Below are positions 31,475 to 41,459 of a DNA stretch of 64,000 bases, one piece after another. A program made the translations under genes and the position numbers. Position 1 is the stretch's first letter, and each line of letters begins with the position of its first letter. The notes beneath the pieces are model-generated. The model did not search any database, had not been told where the DNA came from, and was given only the letters and a program-made list of their open reading frames with translations. The DNA lies in NCBI GenBank assembly GCA_963748825.1, contig CAVVKN010000009.1, forward strand, positions 32,001-96,000, given 5' to 3'. This DNA is from Methanotrichaceae archaeon. Lineage in GTDB: Archaea; Halobacteriota; Methanosarcinia; Methanotrichales; Methanotrichaceae.

Positions 31475-32155
31475 TTAAGCGATTGTTATTGTTGTAACCG
31501 GTATCGGCACCACTTGCACAGGGAAGGTCGGTGAGGTGGAGACCATATTGTCTGCTTTGTCCCTGACTACGGCCACTAGATTTTTAGTGGTAGCCACGGT
31601 GATGCCGCTAGCGAAATCCGCCCAGGTTATAGCGATTGGGTTCTTCTTTGCATCCAGCGGCTTGCCATCTAAGGACCACTCTATGGTTTGTCCAGCAGTC
31701 AAATCTGGCGCTATCGAGTATGGCTCATTCACTGCGGTCACACATACCGATTTCTTTCCGGATATGGCAATTGGCATATTCACAGCTACGTTTATGACCC
31801 GCGAATTGGTGCAGCTCCCTTCAACTGTACTCTTAACCAGAAGCGTCACAGTGTACAAAGGTGCAGGATTTGTTTTGGGGACTGTGAAGCTAAAAGTCTG
31901 GGCGGTAGGGCCGGTTGGCGCCGGGCTGACGGAAGGACTCAATGTCCAGGTGTAAGCATAACTGCCAGCGGGACCGGTTATCTTGACGACCTCACCCGGA
32001 TTGGTGGTCTTATCTGGTGTAGCCGTCTGTGCGGCAGCATCGGATGCCACCGTTTGCGCGACAGCATCGGATGCCGCCGTTTGCGCTGAAGCTCCAAAAA
32101 TGATAGATGCCAACAATAGCATGGTGATCATTATTCCATAACGAGTTCTTATCAT
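31475..32155 (-). CDS. Secreted protein with two Ig-like beta domains and an N-terminal 9-aa repeat
   Basis: Signal peptide ending ASA; AQTAASDAV / AQTVASDAA / AQTA repeats; Thr/Val-rich strands; AGGTGA SD. Confidence 0.8.
   Translation of the reverse strand: MIRTRYGIMITMLLLASIIFGASAQTAASDAVAQTVASDAAAQTATPDKTTNPGEVVKITGPAGSYAYTWTLSPSVSPAPTGPTAQTFSFTVPKTNPAPLYTVTLLVKSTVEGSCTNSRVINVAVNMPIAISGKKSVCVTAVNEPYSIAPDLTAGQTIEWSLDGKPLDAKKNPIAITWADFASGITVATTKNLVAVVRDKADNMVSTSPTFPVQVVPIPVTTITIA
32022..32086. repeat. 27-bp coding tandem repeat (about 2.4 copies)
   Basis: CAGCATCGGATGCC(A/G)CCGTTTGCGC repeated. Confidence 0.8.
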
Positions 32156-32551
32156 GATTATTCACCTAGAGTTCTATACATTCTTAAGGTATATAAATTC
32201 GTATCATAATTTTTTTTAGTTTATGTCTAATATTCTATTAATATACGTTGATGCCTATTAATTAGATTCAATTAGCTTTCTAAACTTGCTAGTCAAGATT
32301 ACTATTTACTTTTTACTTATAAGTTAGATCTGCATCATTAGGCCAAATTCGATCATGTAATCTTCAATTAGATATATAGCTTCCACTTAAATATCATTGA
32401 ATTATCGAAATTTAGTTATAAACTGATTTTTCCCTGACATATTGATTATGCCATAACCGCAAGTGTTATTAGGCCAGATACTAATGACCACGACAGCGTA
32501 ACATATTAATATATTTCATACTAATTGGGATCAGAGCAAAGAGGTTATAAT

Positions 32552-33499
32552 ATGAACGCCGAAAAATTTTATCACTTGAGAATTGCAGTCTGCCTGGTAT
32601 TCCTGGCTCTATTCATCGAACCTACCTCCGCAAATCCTGTATATTTAAACTTGATGATAGATTCCAATATTCCTATGAATTCAACGCAAAATGAGACGGA
32701 TTCAGCTTTCGGATTGATACAGAATCTCACAAATATATTAGACGACCGGGGCCTGAATGCCACTATATTTGTGACCCCGGAAATGGCCACCGCCCAGAGC
32801 ATATTAGTTACAACCCTTGGCATGAGAGCGAGCCATGAGCTTGCCGCGAAGGTAACCGATCAGAACTTAGGCAGAATGCCAGCTTCCGAACAAGAGGCCT
32901 ATCTGAAGAATGTGAAAACCGTGATAGACTCTGCTCATATTTGTGAAGGCCCCAGCGCCAATACTATAAATACCAGGGGATTCATGTTGCCCCCCTCTGC
33001 CCAAAATGAGGACGTCTATAAAATTCTAGATACGATGGGAGCCGTTTACGATGCGCGGTTCGATCAAGGGATCGAAAACCAGTTGGGTCATGAAAAAGAC
33101 ATATGGCCTAATCGCATAGAAAACCAGATTCTCTATGCAGTTACCATCAGCAGCTATCTCTCAAATGGAGTGCAGGTTTTGCTGTCTGATCGTATTGTAA
33201 AGGAAGAAAAGGGACTGAGTGGACATCAGTGGCTCGATCTTCTCGTGGGCAGATTCGATCAATCGATCCGAGACAGCGTGCCTATGGTGGTGCTCATCAA
33301 TAGCAGCATATCAGGCTCTGGCGATTATCTGGATGCTTACACTGAATTTATAGGCTATGCAGCTATGAAGAACGCCAGCTTCGTTTCCACTTTGGAGATG
33401 GTTAATGATGCCAGGGCCAGAAATCCTTCCGATCACGTCCGACCTGTAATAGCCAAAACAAATTGTCCTGAATGCGATAGGATGAAGAGCTCAGACTGA
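32552..33499 (+). CDS. Secreted polysaccharide deacetylase-like protein (degenerate motifs)
   Basis: Signal peptide; LNATIFVT, HELA, GF..P, YDA pattern of the NodB-like fold. Confidence 0.65.
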   Translation: MNAEKFYHLRIAVCLVFLALFIEPTSANPVYLNLMIDSNIPMNSTQNETDSAFGLIQNLTNILDDRGLNATIFVTPEMATAQSILVTTLGMRASHELAAKVTDQNLGRMPASEQEAYLKNVKTVIDSAHICEGPSANTINTRGFMLPPSAQNEDVYKILDTMGAVYDARFDQGIENQLGHEKDIWPNRIENQILYAVTISSYLSNGVQVLLSDRIVKEEKGLSGHQWLDLLVGRFDQSIRDSVPMVVLINSSISGSGDYLDAYTEFIGYAAMKNASFVSTLEMVNDARARNPSDHVRPVIAKTNCPECDRMKSSD

Positions 33500-33634
33500 A
33501 GTATCATGATGATGGCCCCCAGATTGACATAAAACCCTCGCCTTAGTGTTCATCCTAAACAGAAGCTCGGTAGTTCGGCTCACGTACACAGGAGAATGAG
33601 AAAGAACTCCAGCTCTGCTCTATCTACCATATTT

Positions 33635-34060
33635 TTAAATATCGATCTTTATGCCGAAGAGCGTCTCGAATTTTTCATATTTGGCCCGGGCTCGATAGAG
33701 GTTTTGCCGGATATAGGGCAACCCTTGCTGGCAGGCCAGCATGTCCCTGATCTCAGCCTGGGTAAAGACCGCATCTAGCTTCTCTTTGGCAATTGAGGAT
33801 ACACTCACCTTTTCCGTGCAAATCTCCAGATCAGAGTCGCCCTGCCAGTTCCACTGCCTGTCATAGCGCATCAGAATAAGGTGCTCATTCTTGCAGCATG
33901 CCGAGACCAGCCAGTTCGATTCTGTGCAATGATATGCCAGGCTCTCCAGGTCCATCTCACACTTGCTGCAAAATCCGACCATATTGCTCTCTAATGAGAA
34001 CGGTTCCAGCCTTCTTCCTTCAAAAATGAGATTATGACTCTTCTCATCAAGTTGGTTCAT
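33635..34060 (-). CDS. Hypothetical protein with Cys motifs
   Basis: Overlaps the dapB stop; CSKC, CCKNEH. Confidence 0.7.
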   Translation of the reverse strand: MNQLDEKSHNLIFEGRRLEPFSLESNMVGFCSKCEMDLESLAYHCTESNWLVSACCKNEHLILMRYDRQWNWQGDSDLEICTEKVSVSSIAKEKLDAVFTQAEIRDMLACQQGLPYIRQNLYRARAKYEKFETLFGIKIDI

Positions 34061-34827
34061 CTTGACTTTAAGACGTCCGCCATGCTGTAAATTCCGGGCT
34101 CTTTACCGACTACCCATTCTACCGCCCGCACTGCGCCGCTGGCAAGTCCGGTTCTGCTGTGCGCCTGATGTTTTATCTCCAGCCGCTCGCCGGGCCCTGC
34201 GAAGAGAACGGTGTGATCTCCTACAATGTCTCCACCGCGCACGGCATGCACTCCAATCTCTTTTCCTCGCGGCATGACGCCTTCCCGGCCATATATGATC
34301 TCCTTTTCGCCCAGAGCCATCTTTATCACCTGCGCTGTGGCCAGAGCCGTGCCGCTGGGGGCATCTTTCTTCTGATTATGATGGGCTTCAATGATCTCGA
34401 TGTCGTAGTCCTTCAGGGCCGCCGCTGCATCAGCTACCAGCTTCCAGAACACATTTACGCCTAAGGAGAAGTTGGGCGATATGACCGCAGCCACATGGCC
34501 TTCTATGGCTTTTTTCATCTGGGAATGCTGCTCTGGAGAAAAGCCGGTAGTTCCCACCACAAGATCAATTCCAAGGCTTGCCGCCGTGCATACGTTATTT
34601 ACAGCCGCCTTGGCAATGGTAAAGTCGATGAGCACATCCGGTTTGCTCTCCCTTAAGACCGACTCCAGTTCCGAGGCATCTTTGACAATAATGCCGCCTG
34701 GCAGCTCCTTTCCAGCCCCGATGGCATCCAATCCGGCCACGAGCTGCATGTCTTTTGCCTTGGCCGCCTCCTGGATGATCAGGGTGCCCATGCGCCCCAG
34801 GGCGCCGGTAATGGCGATGCGCGTCAT
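34057..34827 (-). CDS. dapB: 4-hydroxy-tetrahydrodipicolinate reductase
   Basis: GALGRMG, GTTG, EAHHNQKKDAPSGTA. Confidence 0.96.
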   Translation of the reverse strand: MTRIAITGALGRMGTLIIQEAAKAKDMQLVAGLDAIGAGKELPGGIIVKDASELESVLRESKPDVLIDFTIAKAAVNNVCTAASLGIDLVVGTTGFSPEQHSQMKKAIEGHVAAVISPNFSLGVNVFWKLVADAAAALKDYDIEIIEAHHNQKKDAPSGTALATAQVIKMALGEKEIIYGREGVMPRGKEIGVHAVRGGDIVGDHTVLFAGPGERLEIKHQAHSRTGLASGAVRAVEWVVGKEPGIYSMADVLKSR

Positions 34828-35702
34828 GCTCTCTCGCCTAGCCTTTCCAGGATCTCCTTTAACAATTGCTCTTTCTCAGGAGCCATTGCCGCCAGAGGAA
34901 GACGCATTGGCCCGCCGGCGCATCCCAGATATTTTTGAGCCGTCTTCACAGGAATGGGGTTGGTCTCCAGGAACATGGCTCGCACCAGGGGAGCAAGCTC
35001 ATAGTGCAGCGACCTGGCCTTCTCGAAGTCGCCCTTGAGAGCGGCATCCACCATGGCCACCGTCTTTCTGGGAGCCACATTGGCCACCACGGAAATTACA
35101 CCTTTGGCGCCCAGAGACATGATGGGCAGGGTCAGATCATCATCTCCCGAGAGTAGGACAAAGTCGCTGCCCCGGGTCTGCTCGATGATCTGAGATTGCT
35201 GAGAGAGGCTTCCACTGGCCTCTTTTATGGCCACGATATTCTTTACCTTGGACAGTTTCGCGACCAATTCCGGCTTGAGATCGATTCCGGTTCTCTTGGG
35301 AACATTATAGAGCACAATGGGAATATCGCACTTCTCGGCGATAGTCCTGAAGTGCTCGAACATACCCCGATCATTGGGCTTGTTGTAGTAAGGCGTGATC
35401 AATAAAGCGGCATCTGCGCCAGCTTTGGCCGCATGGCGTGTCAGCTCCAAAGCCTCACGGGTATTGTTTGAGCCCGTACCCGCGATAACCGGCACCTTGG
35501 AAGATTCGACGGCGATCTCCACTACCCTTTTATGCTCCTCAAAGGTTAATGTGGCAGACTCACCAGTTGTGCCGCAGGGAACAATGCCTGCTATGCCGGT
35601 GTTATTCAGGTACTCAATATTCTTCTTCAGTCCCTCCTCATCCAGGCTCTCATCTTCTAAAAACGGCGTGATTATAGCGGGAAACACGCCTTTAAGCATC
35701 AA
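34824..35702 (-). CDS. dapA: 4-hydroxy-tetrahydrodipicolinate synthase
   Basis: GTTGES, PYYNKP, YNVP, IKEASG. Confidence 0.96.
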   Translation of the reverse strand: MMLKGVFPAIITPFLEDESLDEEGLKKNIEYLNNTGIAGIVPCGTTGESATLTFEEHKRVVEIAVESSKVPVIAGTGSNNTREALELTRHAAKAGADAALLITPYYNKPNDRGMFEHFRTIAEKCDIPIVLYNVPKRTGIDLKPELVAKLSKVKNIVAIKEASGSLSQQSQIIEQTRGSDFVLLSGDDDLTLPIMSLGAKGVISVVANVAPRKTVAMVDAALKGDFEKARSLHYELAPLVRAMFLETNPIPVKTAQKYLGCAGGPMRLPLAAMAPEKEQLLKEILERLGERA

Positions 35703-35910
35703 TCTCGACCTCGCCTCGGCGAGTGCGTCTCTGCCGCATCACATTGGAAATATATCCTGCCACACGATTGCGTATGGTCTTATTTTTGATGTCGGTATAC
35801 TCGGATACCTTCAGCTTATTCTGTTCAAAGTCAGGACTAAATGAGCTTTCGTAGGTTCTCAACAGATCCATCGCGAAATTCTTGATATAACTAGGTTTTA
35901 CGCTTCCCAT
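35692..35910 (-). CDS. rps17e: 30S ribosomal protein S17e
   Basis: MGSVKPSYIK..DFEQNK..RNRVAGYI. Confidence 0.93.
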   Translation of the reverse strand: MGSVKPSYIKNFAMDLLRTYESSFSPDFEQNKLKVSEYTDIKNKTIRNRVAGYISNVMRQRRTRRGEVEIDA

Positions 35911-35995
35911 AATCAACACTCCAGCTAGAGCAATTCTTTGTGCATCCTTGCCCCACCAATTTATATCTTCCTGTCCTCCCGGCTACCAGCTATCC

Positions 35996-36832
35996 TTACC
36001 GCTTGCCGGGCGATGCCCTTTTCGAAAGATCGCATAAAACCCGGTAGCGATTTGCCTCCTGCCGCAAGTATGCCGCCTGGTTGACCGGCCCCACGCCCTT
36101 TCCCACCCGCATGCTGCCGAGAAGCGCCCTTTCTGCGAACTTCTTGGCTTGGCGGGCCGCCTCTTTCAGGGGACTGCCCAGGGCGAGAAATGAGGTTAAT
36201 GCGGCCGAATAGGTGCATCCTACGCCGTGGTTTTCGCCCTTTACCCTTTCACCCGGCAAGAGGATCAACTCTTCACTCGCCACCAGGAGATCGGTGCAGT
36301 CCAGATGGCCGCCCTTAACGATTACGGCCTTCGGCCCAAGCTGCAAGATCTTTTGGGCGGCCAGATAGGCACTGTCTCTATCGCGAACCTCTATTCCCGT
36401 CAGAGCCTGGGCTTCGAAGATATTGGGAGTTACAACCCAGGCCAGCGGGATGAGATGTGTTTTTAAGGCCTCTACCGCCTCAGGTCGAAGCAGCCTGCCG
36501 CCAGCTTCCGCCTCGATCACCGGATCTAAGACAAAGGGAATATCTGTCAAACGCATGTGATTGGCCACAGATATCACAATCTCAGCGGAGTGGAGCATGC
36601 CCGTTTTGGCAAAAGATATGGAGAAATCATCGGTGATCGATTTGAGCTGCTCGACTACTATCTCAGGTCCCAGGCCATAGACCCTTTGCACACCCAAGGT
36701 ATTTTGGGCGGTAATAGCGGTAATAGCGCAGGTTCCATGCAGTCCCAACACTGAGAAAGTCTTGAGATCCGCCTGAATTCCAGCCCCGCCCCCTGAGTCC
36801 GAGCCGCCTATGGTAAGCACGACTTGTGGCAT
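35996..36832 (-). CDS. thiD: HMP/HMP-P kinase
   Basis: GSDSGGGAGIQADLK, TPN, KGGH, HGVGC. Confidence 0.9.
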   Translation of the reverse strand: MPQVVLTIGGSDSGGGAGIQADLKTFSVLGLHGTCAITAITAQNTLGVQRVYGLGPEIVVEQLKSITDDFSISFAKTGMLHSAEIVISVANHMRLTDIPFVLDPVIEAEAGGRLLRPEAVEALKTHLIPLAWVVTPNIFEAQALTGIEVRDRDSAYLAAQKILQLGPKAVIVKGGHLDCTDLLVASEELILLPGERVKGENHGVGCTYSAALTSFLALGSPLKEAARQAKKFAERALLGSMRVGKGVGPVNQAAYLRQEANRYRVLCDLSKRASPGKR

Positions 36833-36856
36833 TCGTTTCCTTTTTTAGCCCGGTGA

Positions 36857-37429
36857 TCAAGAGATCTTCTTCTCTGCCGCCTGTACCATCTCTTCCGGCA
36901 GCTTGTACTTTTGAGCGATCTTCAATGCCTTGCGGTAAAGGCCGGCTTGCATATGCTGCTCATAGGACTTCATGGCCGCCTGCTGCACCATTTCTTGGGG
37001 AAGCTCGAATTCCTCGGCTATCTCAGCCGCATTCTTGATCAGACCAAAGCTCATGCTCTTGTTATAGGCCTGGACGGCTGCCTCCCGGACCATATCTCCG
37101 GAAAGGCCGTATTCTTTGGCATAATCGGCAGCAGCCCGGTAAAATTCGCTGTCGATTTTTCTATTGAATGATCGCTCGGCAGCTTGCAGTCGAAGATCTG
37201 CAGGCAGATCGTACTTCTTGGCCAGATCCGCGGCAAGAGAAAAGTCGCCTTTCTTCATATTGGCATCGTACGCTTTTCGGACTGCGTCTATTAGCATATC
37301 ATTTGGCAGACCTAAGTCGGACTTGATCTTTGCCGCCTCCTGGTATGCACCCAGATTCATCTTTACGGCAAACTGCCTCGCACCTTCGGCCAGCTTACTA
37401 TCAGCCATAGCATCCTCCATAAAGGTCAT
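36857..37429 (-). CDS. Helical-repeat protein (five 34-aa repeats)
   Basis: G.Y..AA.IA..Y.LP..M...AA..AY...M repeats with a 34-aa period. Confidence 0.8.
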   Translation of the reverse strand: MTFMEDAMADSKLAEGARQFAVKMNLGAYQEAAKIKSDLGLPNDMLIDAVRKAYDANMKKGDFSLAADLAKKYDLPADLRLQAAERSFNRKIDSEFYRAAADYAKEYGLSGDMVREAAVQAYNKSMSFGLIKNAAEIAEEFELPQEMVQQAAMKSYEQHMQAGLYRKALKIAQKYKLPEEMVQAAEKKIS

Positions 37430-37519
37430 TATACTTTTTATGCAATGCGATTCTATACAATGCTCTTATGCAATTACTCATGTACAATTACTGTTATTGC
37501 CCCAAAGAATAAGAACTTA

Positions 37520-37969
37520 TCAGCCCTCAATATCCCTATCCCGGAGATTGGTAATAAAGGCATACTGCGTGGTGGTCGGAAGCTTTCTTCGTAGTTCCCT
37601 TACCTCAGGAAGATAGATTATGATCTGCTTTGCATGCGGTCTTTCTTTGCCTAGGATCTTGCTGACAAGCTCCACTTCCGCCTCGCCCTGCACCCGGGCG
37701 GCGCCATTGCCAAAGTCAGGAGACATCTCAATTAGCATTGGCAGTCGCAGGCGGCTCCAGAGAAACCTTGGGATGCTCGTTGAGATCAGATCCAGTTCGG
37801 CCTTATCAATGATGAAAAAAGTATTATCCTTTCCCTTGATGCCGGGCTTTTCCATAGTCATAAGTTCGGTCAAATTGATTCGCCTATTGGGCAGGTGCTG
37901 GTTCATGGTCTGGATGGTCTTGACCAGCATATTCTTGTTCATCCCCTGTCCATCTTCGGAAAATGCCAT
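37520..37969 (-). CDS. DUF61 (UPF0216) family protein
   Basis: NQHLP..RLPMLIE..LRRKLPTTTQYAF. Confidence 0.8.
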   Translation of the reverse strand: MAFSEDGQGMNKNMLVKTIQTMNQHLPNRRINLTELMTMEKPGIKGKDNTFFIIDKAELDLISTSIPRFLWSRLRLPMLIEMSPDFGNGAARVQGEAEVELVSKILGKERPHAKQIIIYLPEVRELRRKLPTTTQYAFITNLRDRDIEG

Positions 37970-38422
37970 CCTAACCCTTTATGCACTCTGGCAACTTAAA
38001 GGTAACCGTTATCGATGTCAAAAAAATGTTTGTTGCATTGCGCTCTTCGAGGACTCTGCAATTTCGGTTAATGCAAATGGCTCTTCGCGATTTGGCAAGA
38101 GCAAGCAATACTCTGGCAAGTCGTCCTTGAGGGAGACAATCTTTTTGGGCATGGTTTTAAGCTGATCAGTATTTTAGTTTAGTATCAATAATCCAAAACT
38201 TTTTTAATAAGGAATCCGTACTTATGGTGCGGACTTCGATAAAGGAGAAAGAATCTTGATGCAAACCAGATTAGAAGAGATGCAAAATTCGGCTGAGTAA
38301 GAGTGAACCGCTGCAAAAATGAGTATGCTTAAACTCAAAATAATGAAAAATATGGAAATTGGGGACAAAATGGCCCCAAATCTGCCTATAATAAATTGGT
38401 TTATCAAATGGGAGGGACTAAT

Positions 38423-39214
38423 ATGGAAGAATACAAAAAAGACCGGAATGAAGTCAAAACTGTGCTCTTAGTCGAGGATGAAGAGGCCCATGCAGAAATT
38501 ATCTGCAGAGTATTTGAGGAGAACAGCCCGGAACTGTCTGTTAACCATGTTACATGCATCAGTGATGCTGTTAAATGGCTGGAATTAAATAAAGAAAATA
38601 ATCCTCCGCTGGTTATCTCCGATTACAATCTTCCCGACGGCAATGGATTAGAACTTACAAAAGGTGCTGCCAGCCCAGAAGAAGTTGGGTTTCCCCTCAT
38701 CATTCTCACAGGAGTAGGCTCGGAAAAACTCGCGGTTCGTACTCTTAGATCAGGCGCTTTAGATTATGTGGTAAAGAGCAATGAGGAGCTGCACCAACTT
38801 CCAAAAATAGCCAAGTACGTACTTCGTGAATGGGATTTAATATTGGAACGAAGAAGTGCAGAAAACGAGCTAAAGGATTTCATAAATGATCTGGATGGTG
38901 CTAATAATCAGTTAGAGGATTTCTTGGATGGAATCTCAAGGGACCTGGAGGATTCAATCTCTTCCATCCGTGACTTCAGTAAGATCTTGCAGGAAAAATA
39001 TGCAGATAAACTAGATGATGCTGCAATGGCGGACTTGAAGAAGGTCGAAGATGCCACGGAAAGGACCAATAAGCTATTAGATAAATTGTTCGAGTATGTT
39101 GTTCCTATTTACTTTGACAGCTCGCTAATTGGCATATACAATACTAAATTGGATATGTTAAATAGAAATGAGATGAATATAATAAATAGAAATGAGATAT
39201 TAGCAAAAATTTAA
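38423..39214 (+). CDS. REC domain plus His-less DHp-like helical domain (paralog A)
   Basis: LLVEDE, ISDYNLPDG, LTG, YVVK; C-terminal ISRDL at the H-box position. Confidence 0.85.
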   Translation: MEEYKKDRNEVKTVLLVEDEEAHAEIICRVFEENSPELSVNHVTCISDAVKWLELNKENNPPLVISDYNLPDGNGLELTKGAASPEEVGFPLIILTGVGSEKLAVRTLRSGALDYVVKSNEELHQLPKIAKYVLREWDLILERRSAENELKDFINDLDGANNQLEDFLDGISRDLEDSISSIRDFSKILQEKYADKLDDAAMADLKKVEDATERTNKLLDKLFEYVVPIYFDSSLIGIYNTKLDMLNRNEMNIINRNEILAKI

Positions 39215-39565
39215 AATTTAACGTAGCTGTTAGCCATATCAGATCTCAAGTTAAACCAAGTTATGCATACAGTCGGCACACAATCACAGGTAGTTTGCTC
39301 GATGATGGATTAGCGGGGCCTTTATGATGCCCGGGAAACGAGAGACCGTGCATAGAAGATAGGCCGGATGGCGTGACCTGTTATAATGGATGGTTAGGCA
39401 GATGAGCACTTACTCAGGCCACAGACAAGTCATATCCTTTTTCAGTGCTTTGATGCCGGCGAGATTAATTACGCTCGGCTATCGGGCACTGATGGTCTTG
39501 TTTAGATATTACCAAGATTTAAGCAACAACGAAAGCAATTCGCGTAGGAAAATTTGTCTATATTT

Positions 39566-41212
39566 GGCACTTTCTAGAAATCGAGTGATTTTTCAACTTT
39601 TCCAATACCATGATCGCACACATCTTCCTATTGCCACCAAAGTTTGGTATAATTTTGTCTCACATACTAAAATTGTTGTGTCTACATCATAGTATTCTCT
39701 AAATAATAGCTTAACTTTAAAAAATAATTTTTAAAAATTTTAACTTCCGACGGCAGCCTTAGCTAGAAGTTTTTTTACAAAATATAATATAAATAAACTA
39801 ACCTTCATTTCCAGTCCATGAAAGGAATGAAGACAAAGAATGCTTCGATCAAGGTCTTTTGTGGTATTCCAAACATTCCCCATCTTTTTAGACGAGAAAG
39901 CTTCATTTGTTCTTCGATTCCAGGGACTTCTAGCTGTTGTTTTCTATGAGTCTTCAAGCTACAAGAATAATAATTTTCTAGTGGATTATTGGTTGCAGGA
40001 GCGCCATCGAATAATTGGAAGATCATAAGATGTTGCCAATCCTTCTCGATTTGCTTTAATCTTTTTTGAATTATAATCTTAAATACACCTATTTCATTCA
40101 TTAATTCATCCAAATTTTTCTTAGCATCATATAAACTTCTTGTCTCCATATTCCTATGATTTCTTCTTCGTTCCTTCTCCAAACCATAAACAAACTTTTT
40201 AAACCATTTCTGTGCTTCTTCTAGCCATTCCTTGTATGTCTTTTCGCCTCGTTTTTTCATCTCTTGCTCTTCTTCAATCAGACATGAAAGCCATTGCATT
40301 TCTGCGGTCCTATTATAAAATATATTTAATATTCTATATTTCAATAGTTCTTCTTCGATTGTTGTCTTTTTCGGAAAATCATTGACTATGAGCTTGTCCT
40401 GATGAAACAAACAGAATTGATGGGCCACTCGATTTCCAAAAATTTTCCTGAATATTTCATCATAGCCTCTATAAAGATCCGTCACTATAAATATAGGTTT
40501 ATGTACGTCGAGGTTTCTTCGAAGGAAATCCTCGATGGTTGCCCCATCTTTTGAGTCGAATAACTCATCTGCAATCACTTGTTTCGTCCTATAATCGAGG
40601 AGAGTTAGTCGGTATTTCTGACTTCTACCTGTCTTGGGATGTTGCTCATCATAGTGAACAAATTGAACATCTTCGATATTGGGAACCACCATATTGTCTG
40701 TCGCAGATTTGATCATCGTGCAAATGGTGTCCTTGCTGCGCGGATAGATGTAGTTTGATACTTTCTCGATTACCTCCAGGGAGACATGATTAACCCTCAG
40801 GAGCTGACAAAGACCGCCAAATAATCCGAAAAATGCGCTCGTAGCGTTCTCCCAAAACCCATGTTCTTCCTCAATATTTTTGCTGCAATTGGGACACAGA
40901 TATTTGCCGATCTTAACATCGCCGAGTAGCCTCTTGGTATGATTATTGAAGCCATTATGGTTCATGGGAGTCCCGCAATCAGTACATAATTGTGGTTTAA
41001 TTTTGCGGAAGATTCCATTCGAAGTGTACTCGTAATCGTCCGAATATCCCTCGAAAATCGCTTTCAACTGTTCGACGAAGGGAAAGTTTTTCATGGTAAG
41101 CTGTATTTGTGTCATTGAAGGGTCACACAGGGTACATTTCGCTTGAAGATTAAAATATTTTCGGGTGGATGTATCCTGCCTTCACTATATCACTGGATTT
41201 CTAGATTGTGCC
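39566..41212 (-). mobile_element. Insertion sequence (IS256/Mutator-related, ISH6/ISNCY-like) with 24-bp TIRs and 8-bp TSD
   Basis: Left end GGCACTTTCTAGAAATCGAGTGAT, right end ATCACTGGATTTCTAGATTGTGCC; CTATATTT at 39558-39565 and 41213-41220. Confidence 0.9.
39805..41115 (-). CDS. DDE transposase
   Basis: N-terminal CxxC..CxxC; YDE, VTD, QFCLFH (CxxH), TNNPLE. Confidence 0.88.
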   Translation of the reverse strand: MTQIQLTMKNFPFVEQLKAIFEGYSDDYEYTSNGIFRKIKPQLCTDCGTPMNHNGFNNHTKRLLGDVKIGKYLCPNCSKNIEEEHGFWENATSAFFGLFGGLCQLLRVNHVSLEVIEKVSNYIYPRSKDTICTMIKSATDNMVVPNIEDVQFVHYDEQHPKTGRSQKYRLTLLDYRTKQVIADELFDSKDGATIEDFLRRNLDVHKPIFIVTDLYRGYDEIFRKIFGNRVAHQFCLFHQDKLIVNDFPKKTTIEEELLKYRILNIFYNRTAEMQWLSCLIEEEQEMKKRGEKTYKEWLEEAQKWFKKFVYGLEKERRRNHRNMETRSLYDAKKNLDELMNEIGVFKIIIQKRLKQIEKDWQHLMIFQLFDGAPATNNPLENYYSCSLKTHRKQQLEVPGIEEQMKLSRLKRWGMFGIPQKTLIEAFFVFIPFMDWK

Positions 41213-41220
41213 CTATATTT

Positions 41221-41450
41221 TAGAAATAATCCGTCGGATATTCCGGGGTTGCACCAGCTTCTTAAGGAGATCTTGCCCAAGAACACCGTATTTAAAGCCA
41301 CGAACTGGAGCACAATTTTCCAGGATATCGGGAGGCATCATGCGTCTTAATGCTAGGATGATACATAAAGAGAACCTGATCCACCTCGTCATAGAAGACG
41401 TCACATCAAACGGCCATAGATGCCTGCTTGACCAATTTGAAAAAAGATGA
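41221..41450 (+). pseudogene. Decayed PAS-domain remnant (CheB/CheR-fusion C-terminal type) interrupted by the IS
   Basis: Across frames: VGKFVYI / NNPSDIPGLHQLLKEILPKNTVF / EHNFPG / IMRLNARMI..LVIEDVT. Confidence 0.55.
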
Positions 41451-41459
41451 AAAGGATTT

